DNA from: an uncultured delta proteobacterium
GTDB taxonomy: Bacteria; Myxococcota; Myxococcia; SLRQ01
Length of the DNA stretch: 64,000 nt
Assembly: GCA_963727485.1 (NCBI GenBank)
Contig: CAVSGM010000002.1
Location: 1,120,001 to 1,184,000, forward strand
Direction: 5' to 3'
In this document: positions 51,491 through 59,523 of the stretch, piece by piece
Layout: each line of letters starts with the position of its first letter
Numbering within the stretch: the first letter of the stretch is position 1
Notes under the pieces: generated by a model
What the model saw: the letters and a program-made list of their open reading frames with translations, nothing else
What the model was told of the DNA's origin: nothing
Databases searched by the model: none
Made by a program: the position numbers and the translations under genes

Positions 51491-53308
51491 ATGGCCACCG
51501 TCCTCGAAGCGCGCCGCTCCCTCGCCCGGTTCCTCCACGTCCGATCCGCCGCCGGCCCGACCTTCACCCACGACGGGCAGGAGGTCGCCTACCTCACCAA
51601 CGTCACCGGCGTCAGCCAGGTGTGGACCGTGCCCTCCGCCGGCGGCCGGCCCGAGCAGCGAAGCTTCCACGCCGAGCGGGTGATGGAGGTGCGCGGCGAC
51701 CCGGTGAACGACCGCCTGGTCTTCGTCATGGACTTGGGCGGCGACGAGCACGGCCAGCTCCACCTCCTGTGCGAGGGGGGCGCTGTGGAGGTGGCCCTCA
51801 CCGAGTCCCCCGAGGTCATCCACCTCCTCGGCTGCTTCTCCGACGACGGCTCCCACCTCGCCTACGCCGCCAACGATTGCGACCCCGCGGCCTTCGACGT
51901 CTTCGTCCGCCCCGTCGGCCCCCGGGGCGAGGGCACCCCGAGACGGCTGCTGCGCTCGAGCGGGATGACCTACCCGGTGTGCTTCTCCCCCGACGGCCGG
52001 TCGCTGCTCGTGGAGGAGGCGCGCTCCAGCTTCGACCAGGATCTCCACCTGGTGGACCTCGAGACCGGCGAGCGCCGCCTGCTCACCCCGCGGAAGACCG
52101 GCGAGGCGGTGCGCCACACCGGCGCCGTGTTCACCCGCGACGGGAAGCACCTCTACCTGCGCTCCGATCGCGGCGACGACTTCGTCCGCCTCCTGCGCCT
52201 GCGCCTCGACGACGGCGCCTTCCAGGTGGTCGACGAAGGCGGCGCCGACGTGGAGCTTCTCGCCGGGAGCCACCACGGCGAGGGCCTCATCTACGTGCGC
52301 AACGTCGCGGGCATCAGCGAGGTCCACCACCTCGATCCCGAGACCGGCGCCGACACCGTGATCGAGGACCTGCCCGCGGGCGTGGTCACCGGCGTCGCCC
52401 TCTCGGTGGAGGGCCGCCGCGCCGCCCTCGCCGTGAGCGCCGACGACCGGCCCAGCGACCTCCACCTGGTGGCGCTCCCCGACGGGGCCCCGCGCCAGCT
52501 CACCTTCTCCAGCCTCGCCGGGATCCCCCAGGACGCCCTGGTCCCCGGGACCCCCGAGCGCTTCCCCACCTTCGACGATCGCCAAATCCCCGGCTTCCTC
52601 TACCGCCCCGAGGGCGAGGCGAAGCCCCCCTGCGTGGTCTACGTCCACGGCGGCCCCGAGGGGCAGTTCCGCCCCGAGTTCAACCCGGTGGTCCAGTACC
52701 TGGTGAACCGGGGCTACGCCGTGTTCGCCCCCAACGTCCGCGGCTCGGTGGGCTACGGCAAGGGCTTCGCCGCCCTCGACGACGTGCGCCTGCGCCTGGA
52801 CTCGGTGAAGGACCTCGAGGCCTGCGGCCGGTGGCTCGCCGCCCGGGACGACGTCGACGGCGCGCGCCTGGCGGTGATGGGCGGGAGCTACGGGGGGTTC
52901 ATGGTGCTGTCCACCCTGGTGGAGGCGCCGGACCTCTGGGCCGCAGGCGTGGACTTCGTGGGCATCGCGAACCTCGTCACCTTCCTGGAGCACACCGGCC
53001 CCTGGCGCCGCAAGCTCCGGGAGGCCGAGTACGGCTCGCTGAAGGACGACCGGGACTTCCTCACGCAGGTCAGCCCCATCCACCGCGCGGACCGCATCGC
53101 CGCGCCCCTGATGGTGATCCACGGCGCCCGGGACCCAAGGGTGCCGGTGTCCGAGGCGGAGCAGATCGTGGCGGCCCTGAAGGCGAAGGGTCAGCCGGTG
53201 ACCTACCTGCGCTTCGAGGACGAGGGCCACGGGATCGTGCGGCTGGCCAACAAGCTTGCGGCCTGGCCCGCGGTGGCCGACTTCCTCGACACCCACCTCC
53301 GGGGCTGA
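51491..53308 (+). CDS. S9 family peptidase (acylaminoacyl/dipeptidyl peptidase with beta-propeller)
   Basis: YVHGGPE, GGSYGG nucleophile motif, DPRVP and DEGHG catalytic triad. Confidence 0.94.
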   Translation: MATVLEARRSLARFLHVRSAAGPTFTHDGQEVAYLTNVTGVSQVWTVPSAGGRPEQRSFHAERVMEVRGDPVNDRLVFVMDLGGDEHGQLHLLCEGGAVEVALTESPEVIHLLGCFSDDGSHLAYAANDCDPAAFDVFVRPVGPRGEGTPRRLLRSSGMTYPVCFSPDGRSLLVEEARSSFDQDLHLVDLETGERRLLTPRKTGEAVRHTGAVFTRDGKHLYLRSDRGDDFVRLLRLRLDDGAFQVVDEGGADVELLAGSHHGEGLIYVRNVAGISEVHHLDPETGADTVIEDLPAGVVTGVALSVEGRRAALAVSADDRPSDLHLVALPDGAPRQLTFSSLAGIPQDALVPGTPERFPTFDDRQIPGFLYRPEGEAKPPCVVYVHGGPEGQFRPEFNPVVQYLVNRGYAVFAPNVRGSVGYGKGFAALDDVRLRLDSVKDLEACGRWLAARDDVDGARLAVMGGSYGGFMVLSTLVEAPDLWAAGVDFVGIANLVTFLEHTGPWRRKLREAEYGSLKDDRDFLTQVSPIHRADRIAAPLMVIHGARDPRVPVSEAEQIVAALKAKGQPVTYLRFEDEGHGIVRLANKLAAWPAVADFLDTHLRG

Positions 53309-53349
53309 CGGCCGTCGCGCCGCCGTGCTACACGGGACGGTAGGAAGAT

Positions 53350-53408
53350 GGGCGGTGGCGTCCGCCCACGAACCGCCGCCGGGCTCCCGGTGGCCAATGA
53401 CGCCTACG
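53350..53408 (+). ncRNA. Fluoride riboswitch (crcB motif)
   Basis: GGCGGTGGCGTCCGCC...AACCGCC...GGCCAATGACGCCTAC matches the crcB-motif architecture and lies directly upstream of crcB. Confidence 0.9.
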
Positions 53409-53475
53409 GCATGCGGCCACGCCGTGGGCGTCCTCCTGCGCTCTTCGGCGACTTCACCAACGTCACGGAGAGACG

Positions 53476-53859
53476 ATGATTCGCTTCCTCTGGATCTGCT
53501 TCGGCGGGGCGGTGGGCACCGGCGCCCGCTACCTCGTCTCCGGGTGGGCGGTGCGCCTGCTCGGCAGCTCGTTCGCCTGGGGCACGCTCGCCGTCAACCT
53601 CGTCGGCTCGTTCCTCCTCGCGGCGCTGATCCACCTGGGCACCACCACCGAGCTGATGAACCCCACCCTCCGCGCGGCCCTGACCACCGGCGCCATGGGC
53701 GGGTTCACCACCTACTCCACCTTCAGCTACGAGACCTTCCACTACTACCAGGAGGGGGCCGTGGCGCTGGGGACCGCCAACATCGCCATCACCGTCATCG
53801 CCTGCCTCGCCGGGAGCCTCCTCGGCTTCCTCGCGGCCCAGGCCCTGGTGGGTGCCTAG
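53476..53859 (+). CDS. crcB: Fluoride efflux channel Fluc/CrcB
   Basis: GGAVGTGARY, GTLAVNLVGSF and GGFTTYSTF motifs. Confidence 0.95.
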   Translation: MIRFLWICFGGAVGTGARYLVSGWAVRLLGSSFAWGTLAVNLVGSFLLAALIHLGTTTELMNPTLRAALTTGAMGGFTTYSTFSYETFHYYQEGAVALGTANIAITVIACLAGSLLGFLAAQALVGA

Positions 53860-53860
53860 G

Positions 53861-54235
53861 ATGAGCAAGGAGACGACCATGCGCGCACTGGAAGGAGAGC
53901 AGCTCCTCGTCCGGGTGTTCATCGGCGAGTCGGACCGGTGGCACCACCAGCCCCTCTCGGTGGCCCTGGTGGAGCGGCTGCGGAAGGCCGGGTTCGCCGG
54001 GGCCACGGTGTTCCACGGGGTCGCGGGCTTCGGGGCCAAGAGCATCCTCCACTCCACCCACCTCCTGCGCCTCTCCGAGGACCTGCCGGTGGTCCTCGAG
54101 ATCGTCGAGGAGGAGGCCAAGGTGAACGCCGAGCTCCTCCCCATCCTCGACGAGATGGTGGACGAGGGGCTGGTCACCGTGGAGAAGGTCCGGGTGCTGC
54201 GCTACGCCCCGGCGAAGGCCCGGGCCGGCGGCTGA
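53861..54235 (+). CDS. DUF190 (PII-like) protein
   Basis: RVFIGESDRW, GATVFHGVAGFG and LSEDLPVVLEIV; commonly found next to crcB. Confidence 0.92.
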   Translation: MSKETTMRALEGEQLLVRVFIGESDRWHHQPLSVALVERLRKAGFAGATVFHGVAGFGAKSILHSTHLLRLSEDLPVVLEIVEEEAKVNAELLPILDEMVDEGLVTVEKVRVLRYAPAKARAGG

Positions 54236-54325
54236 CCGGCGGACCCGGGCTCTGACGCGGCGCACCACGCGGTGGGGACCAAGGCCCCTGCCCAAGGGGG
54301 CGAGGTGTGCTATGGAGACCCGCCC

Positions 54326-55519
54326 ATGCCCACGCGCAAGACCACCGGCAAGACCGGGGGCCCGGCCCCCACCGCCCGGGCCGTCCGCCGCCAGTTCCTC
54401 CACGCCCGGGAGGCGAGCCCCCAGCCGATCACCGGCCGGGAGAAGCCCGCCGAGCTCCTCGCCCACGCCTTCCCCGCCTACGTGGGGCGGCAGGTGCGAA
54501 ACGCCTACGAGCTGATGCGCCGCACGGTGGAAGAGGACCACACCCTCTTCCTCACCATGAGCGGCGCCATGACCCCCGCCGGCCTCCACCACAGCTGCAT
54601 CATCCCCCTGGTGGAGCGCGGGATCATCTCGGCGTTGACCACCACCGGCGCCAACCTCTACCACGACGCCCACCGGGTCATCGGCCACCGCGTCCGCGAG
54701 ATCGACCCCGACGCCGGCGACCTCGGCTACCGCCTCGGGCGCATCATCCGCATCTACGATCTCGGCTTCGACGAGCAGGCCCTCCTCGACACCGATCGCC
54801 TGTTCTCGGCGATCCTCATGGGCGAGGAGTTCCAGAAGCGGATGACCACCCCCGAGCTCCACTTCCTCCTCGGCAAGGCCCTCTACCGGCTGGAGAAGAA
54901 GCTCGGGGTCGAGCGGCCCTCGCTCCTGTCCACCTGCTACAAGCACCGGGTGCCCATCTTCGTGGGCGCGGTGCAGGACGGGTCGATCTTCCTCAACGTG
55001 GTCAAGCTCAAGGCCCTCTACGGCGAGAAGTTCAAGCTCGAGCTCGACGTCACCGCCGATGTCTTCGAGATGGCGGCGATGCAGCACTACGCCCGCCAGC
55101 AGTGGTCCGAGCAGGCGGCCATCTGGATCCTCGGCGGCGGCGTCCCCAAGAACTACACCCTCCAGGGCGAGCCCACCCTCTCGCAGATCCTCCTCGTCGA
55201 CGCCCGGGGCTTCGACATCGACGTGCAGCTCTGCGTCGACCCGGTGGACAACGGGGCGCTCTCCAGCTGCCCCGCCGGCGAGGGCCACACCTGGGGGAAG
55301 GTCACGGCCGATGCGGTGGCCACCGGCAGCCAGTACGTCCACTGCGATGTCACCGCGGTCTTCCCCTTCCTGGTGAGCGCCCTGCTCTCGGAGAAGGGCA
55401 GCCGCCGGAAGCCCCGCCGCCTCTATGACCACCGGGAGGCGGCGCTGGCGCTGCTTCGCGAGGAGGTGGCGAAGGGTCGCCGGAAGCTGAAGCGGACCGT
55501 CACCTGGGACCAGATCTAG
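54326..55519 (+). CDS. Deoxyhypusine synthase-like protein (possible homospermidine synthase)
   Basis: TMSGAMTPAG, TTTGANLYHD, GGGVPKNY and EGHTWGKV (catalytic Lys position). Confidence 0.88.
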   Translation: MPTRKTTGKTGGPAPTARAVRRQFLHAREASPQPITGREKPAELLAHAFPAYVGRQVRNAYELMRRTVEEDHTLFLTMSGAMTPAGLHHSCIIPLVERGIISALTTTGANLYHDAHRVIGHRVREIDPDAGDLGYRLGRIIRIYDLGFDEQALLDTDRLFSAILMGEEFQKRMTTPELHFLLGKALYRLEKKLGVERPSLLSTCYKHRVPIFVGAVQDGSIFLNVVKLKALYGEKFKLELDVTADVFEMAAMQHYARQQWSEQAAIWILGGGVPKNYTLQGEPTLSQILLVDARGFDIDVQLCVDPVDNGALSSCPAGEGHTWGKVTADAVATGSQYVHCDVTAVFPFLVSALLSEKGSRRKPRRLYDHREAALALLREEVAKGRRKLKRTVTWDQI

Positions 55520-55528
55520 GGAGCCACC

Positions 55529-56227
55529 ATGCGCACGCTGCTCATCGGAGTCGGGGGGGTCGCGGTCCTCCTGGGCGTCATCTTCGTCGTCATCGGCCTC
55601 ACCGCCCCCAGCCAGGTGGTGATCCAGCACCGGCGGTTCATCGCCGCCGAGCCCCCCGCGGCGATGAAGGTCGTGGCCCAGGCCCAGAACTGGAAGGACC
55701 TGCTCGCCGCCGAGCAGCCGATCATCACCTCGGTGACCGTCGACAGCGGGAAGGCCCAGGGCGACGAGCCGGGCACCCCCCAGTGGACCTTCAAGTTCAA
55801 GAACGGGAAGGTCTGGCACCTGGTGGAGACCGCCTACGAGCCGCCCCACGACCTCCACCTCTCGGGGGTCGACGCCTCGGGCCTCTCGGACCTGCAGATC
55901 CACGTGCTCCTCGAGGCGGGGCTCCGGGGTGGGACGGTGGCCACCTTCCGCATCACCTTCTCCCCCGACGGCTTCGTCTCCAAGGCCGAGAGCCAGCTCG
56001 GCTACGCCGCCCAGATGCGCCACGTGGCCATCGGCTTCCTCGACCACGTCGCCGAGAAGCTCGGGGTGGCGGACATCGGGGTCGACGCCTACATCGCCAA
56101 GCTCGACGCCGAGCGCAAGAAGCAGGCGGCCGCCGCCGCCGACGGCGGGACGCCCGACGGGGGGACCGCCGACGGGGGCACCGCGGGCAGCACCGACGGG
56201 GGCACCGCCGCGGCCGCCGGCCACTGA
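55529..56227 (+). CDS. SRPBCC/polyketide-cyclase-like membrane-anchored protein
   Basis: N-terminal TM, START/SRPBCC-like pattern and DGGT-repeat tail. Confidence 0.6.
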   Translation: MRTLLIGVGGVAVLLGVIFVVIGLTAPSQVVIQHRRFIAAEPPAAMKVVAQAQNWKDLLAAEQPIITSVTVDSGKAQGDEPGTPQWTFKFKNGKVWHLVETAYEPPHDLHLSGVDASGLSDLQIHVLLEAGLRGGTVATFRITFSPDGFVSKAESQLGYAAQMRHVAIGFLDHVAEKLGVADIGVDAYIAKLDAERKKQAAAAADGGTPDGGTADGGTAGSTDGGTAAAAGH

Positions 56228-56236
56228 TCGGGGGCC

Positions 56237-57178
56237 ATGGACGCGCCTCACCGCGAGCCCCTCGCCGGCCTCACCCCCCTCGAGCGCTTCGCCTGGCGGG
56301 CGGCGGACGGGGTGGCCCGGCACCTGAAGTGGGCCGCCACCCTCTGGCAGCGGACCTTCGTGAGCGGGGTGGCCTGGCTCGCCGAGGGCCGGCGGGTGGT
56401 GGTCGACGGCCTCGAGCACCTCGAGGGCCTCGGCCCCGAGAGCCGGGTGCTCCTGGTCGCCGACCACCGCTCGTTCTTCGACTTCTTCGTGATCGGCGCG
56501 GTGGCCGTGTGGCGCAGCCGCCTCCCCCGGCGGGTCTTCTTCCCGGTCCGCTCGACCTTCTTCTACGACCACCCCCTGGGGATCGTGGTCAACGCCCTGA
56601 TGTCGGGGATGAGCATGTTCCCCCCGATCCTCCGGGACCGGAGCCGGCAGGCCTTCAACCTCTTCGCCCTGGAGCGGGTCAGCGCCGAGCTCGCCCGCCC
56701 CGGGACCCTGGTGGGGATGCACCCGGAGGGGACGCGGAACAAGGGCCCCGACCCCTACTCCTTCCTCCGGGCCAAGCCCGGGGTGGGCAAGATCGTCCTC
56801 GAGACCCCGGGGATCACGGTGATCCCGGTGTTCGTGGTGGGCCTGTCCAACGCGGTCCACCAGGAGATCGCCTGGAACCTCTTCCGGCCCAGGGCGCACC
56901 GGGTCCACGTGCGCTTCGGGGCGCCGGTGGACGTCACCGACCTCGCCGCCGGGGAGAGCCGCCCGGCCACCTGGCGCCGCGCCAGCCGCCGCTGCCTCGA
57001 GGCCATCGCCGCCCTCGGCGCCGAGGTGAGGGCCGAGCGGGAGGCCGCGGGGATCGAGGCCCCCCGTTCCCCTACGCCCAGTCCCGGGGCGCCCGGAGCA
57101 CCTCCATCAGCCGCGCCTCCTCGGGACCCGGGGTCCGCGGATCGTACGGATAGTGCACCACCGGCGGAAGGCTCATGA
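56237..57178 (+). CDS. Lysophospholipid/1-acyl-glycerol-3-phosphate acyltransferase family
   Basis: DHRSFFD (HX4D) and HPEGTRN motifs. Confidence 0.88.
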   Translation: MDAPHREPLAGLTPLERFAWRAADGVARHLKWAATLWQRTFVSGVAWLAEGRRVVVDGLEHLEGLGPESRVLLVADHRSFFDFFVIGAVAVWRSRLPRRVFFPVRSTFFYDHPLGIVVNALMSGMSMFPPILRDRSRQAFNLFALERVSAELARPGTLVGMHPEGTRNKGPDPYSFLRAKPGVGKIVLETPGITVIPVFVVGLSNAVHQEIAWNLFRPRAHRVHVRFGAPVDVTDLAAGESRPATWRRASRRCLEAIAALGAEVRAEREAAGIEAPRSPTPSPGAPGAPPSAAPPRDPGSADRTDSAPPAEGS

Positions 57179-57959
57179 GGATCGACTCGATGCGACCGCC
57201 GGTCTTCAGGCCGAAGAGCGTCCCCCGGTCGTAGACCAGGTTGAACTCCACGTAGCGGCCCCGGCGCAGCAGCTGCCAGGCCCGCTCGCCCTCGCCCCAG
57301 GGGTCGTCGAGGTGGGCCTCGACGAGGGGGCGGTAGGCGGGCACGAAGGCGTCGCCGGCGTCCCGGAGGAAGGCGAAGCGCGCCTCGAGGTCGTGGGCGT
57401 CGTCGGCGCCGAGGCCGTCGAAGAAGATCCCCCCGACGCCCCGGGCCTCGCCCCGGTGGGGGAGGTGGAAGTAGCGGTCGCACTCGGCCTTGAAGCGCGG
57501 GTAGTAGGCGGGGTCGTGGGCGTCGCAGGCGGCCCTGAAGGTCCGGTGGAAGTGCCGGGCGTCGGCGTCGACCAGGTAGTAGGGGGTGAGGTCGGCGCCG
57601 CCCCCGAACCAGGCGCCGCCACCCTGCTCCAGGTAGCGGAAGTTGGCGTGGGCGGTGGGGATCCGCGGGCTCCTCGGGTGGAGGACCAGGCTCACCCCGG
57701 TGGCGAAGAAGGCGGTGCCCTCACCCTGGAGCTCCCGGGCGAAGTCCGGGTCGAGCTCCCCGAACACCGCGGAGGTGTTCACCCCCGCCTTCTCGAAGAC
57801 CCGCCCGCCCTCGAGGACCCGGGTCCGCCCCCCGCCGCCGCCGTCGCGCGTCCACCGGTCCTCCCGGAACCGGCCGCCGTCCACCGCCTCGAGGGCGGCG
57901 CAGATGCGGTCCTGGAGGTCCTCGACGTAGGCCTGCACCCGGCTGCGAAGCGCGTCCAT
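57072..57959 (-). CDS. hemF: Oxygen-dependent coproporphyrinogen III oxidase
   Basis: [32 protein letters not shown] and [20 protein letters not shown]. Confidence 0.96.
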   Translation of the reverse strand: MDALRSRVQAYVEDLQDRICAALEAVDGGRFREDRWTRDGGGGGRTRVLEGGRVFEKAGVNTSAVFGELDPDFARELQGEGTAFFATGVSLVLHPRSPRIPTAHANFRYLEQGGGAWFGGGADLTPYYLVDADARHFHRTFRAACDAHDPAYYPRFKAECDRYFHLPHRGEARGVGGIFFDGLGADDAHDLEARFAFLRDAGDAFVPAYRPLVEAHLDDPWGEGERAWQLLRRGRYVEFNLVYDRGTLFGLKTGGRIESILMSLPPVVHYPYDPRTPGPEEARLMEVLRAPRDWA

Positions 57960-58138
57960 GGCGGCGCATTGTAGCGGCTCGGCGCCCGGAGGCGACCGGT
58001 AACCTCCGCCGGCCGGCGGCCTCCCCGGCGGGCGCGCGGGGCGCCCTGCCCCTCCCGGGACTCGGGGCAATGTGCCCCGTGGGTCGATTCGCCTCGCCGG
58101 CGACGGCGGCGAGCCTCGTGATTCCGGTGGGTTGGGCC

Positions 58139-58154
58139 TGGCACGAAGGCTGCT
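58139..58154 (+). promoter_or_regulatory. Sigma-54 (-24/-12) promoter
   Basis: TGGCACGAAGGCTGCT, about 47 bp upstream of the response regulator ATG. Confidence 0.75.
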
Positions 58155-58200
58155 AGAGCTCCCAGGCATGAGCCCCGAGCTTGCCGAGGAGTCCCCCCAC

Positions 58201-58620
58201 ATGGCCGCCGTGCACCCCCCGAGCCCCCAGCGGGGCCTTCCCAGGATCCTGATCGCCGAGGACGACGGCGAGATGCGTCGGCTTCTGGTGGGCGCCCTGG
58301 CCCGGGACGGCTACGAGGTGCTCTCGGCCCCCAACGGGATCGAGCTGCTCTCCGACCTCGCCGCCTCCCTCCTGAACCCCCAGGAGCGCCGGCCGGACCT
58401 CATCATCACCGACATGCGGATGCCCGGGGTCAGCGGCCTCGACATCCTCTCGGGCCTCCGGGCCGACGGTTGGCGGATGCCGGTCATCGTCATCACCGCC
58501 TTCGGCGACGCCAAGCTCCACGCGGAGGTGGAGCGCTACCCCGGCGCCGAGATCCTCGACAAGCCATTCGACCTGGACGACCTGCGCCAGCGGGTGAAGC
58601 ACCACCTCGGCCAGGACTGA
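58201..58620 (+). CDS. Single-domain response regulator
   Basis: ILIAEDD, ITDMRMP, ITAFG and DKPF motifs; GAGGAG RBS. Confidence 0.9.
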   Translation: MAAVHPPSPQRGLPRILIAEDDGEMRRLLVGALARDGYEVLSAPNGIELLSDLAASLLNPQERRPDLIITDMRMPGVSGLDILSGLRADGWRMPVIVITAFGDAKLHAEVERYPGAEILDKPFDLDDLRQRVKHHLGQD

Positions 58621-58634
58621 AGGAGGAACACGAG

Positions 58635-59510
58635 ATGCGCAAGGCCATCGGCCCCCACGACAGCTTCCAGACCTACCTGAACTCGGTCCGTCAAATCCCC
58701 GTCCTCGCCATCGAGGACGAGCAGGCCCTGGCGCAGCGCTACCGGGACACCGGCGACGAGGAGGCCGGCCGGGCGCTGGTGGTCCACAACCTGCGCTTCG
58801 TGGTCCGGGTCGCCTACCAGTACCGCGGCTACCGGATGCGGATGATCGACCTCATCCAGGAGGGCAACCTGGGCCTGATGAAGGCCGTGGAGCGCTTCGA
58901 CCCGGACCGGGGCAACCGGCTCATCACCTACGCGGTGTGGTGGATCCGCGCCTACATCCAGTCGTTCATCCTCCGGGCCTGGAGCATGGTGCGCTTCGGC
59001 ACCACCCGGGCCCAGCGGCGGCTGATGTTCGGGCTCACCAAGGCGAGGCAGGCCATCGCCAAGTTCAGCGACGGCACCGCCGAGGACGAGCAGCGGCTCA
59101 TCGCCGAGCGCCTCCACACCACGCCCCACGAGGTCGCCGACACCCTGCGGCGGATCTCCCAGCGGGACGCGAGCCTCGACGCCACCGTGGACCCCGACGA
59201 TCCCATGCCCATGGTCAGCCGCCTGCCCTCGGCCGAGCCCTCCCCGGAGGCGAGCCTGGCGCAGGAGACCCTCCGGCAGGCGGTCGCCGACCGGGTCGCC
59301 GAGCTGGTCCCCGAGCTCGACGACCGGGAGCGCTACATCCTCGAGCACCGGCTGATGGCCCACGAGCCCATGCTCCTCCGGGAGATCGCCGAGCGCTACG
59401 GGGTGAGCCGGGAGCGCATCCGCCAGGTGGAGTCGAAGCTCAAGCGCAAGCTCCAGCCCCGCCTGGCCGATCTGGCCGAGGCCGCGGATCTGGTCGAGGC
59501 CGCCGCCTGA
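58635..59510 (+). CDS. RNA polymerase sigma factor, sigma-32/RpoH-like
   Basis: HNLRFVV, DLIQEGNLGLMKAVERFDP, YAVWWIRA, an RpoH-box-like QRRLMFGL and GVSRERIRQ. Confidence 0.92.
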   Translation: MRKAIGPHDSFQTYLNSVRQIPVLAIEDEQALAQRYRDTGDEEAGRALVVHNLRFVVRVAYQYRGYRMRMIDLIQEGNLGLMKAVERFDPDRGNRLITYAVWWIRAYIQSFILRAWSMVRFGTTRAQRRLMFGLTKARQAIAKFSDGTAEDEQRLIAERLHTTPHEVADTLRRISQRDASLDATVDPDDPMPMVSRLPSAEPSPEASLAQETLRQAVADRVAELVPELDDRERYILEHRLMAHEPMLLREIAERYGVSRERIRQVESKLKRKLQPRLADLAEAADLVEAAA

Positions 59511-59523
59511 CCGGCGGGCCCCG

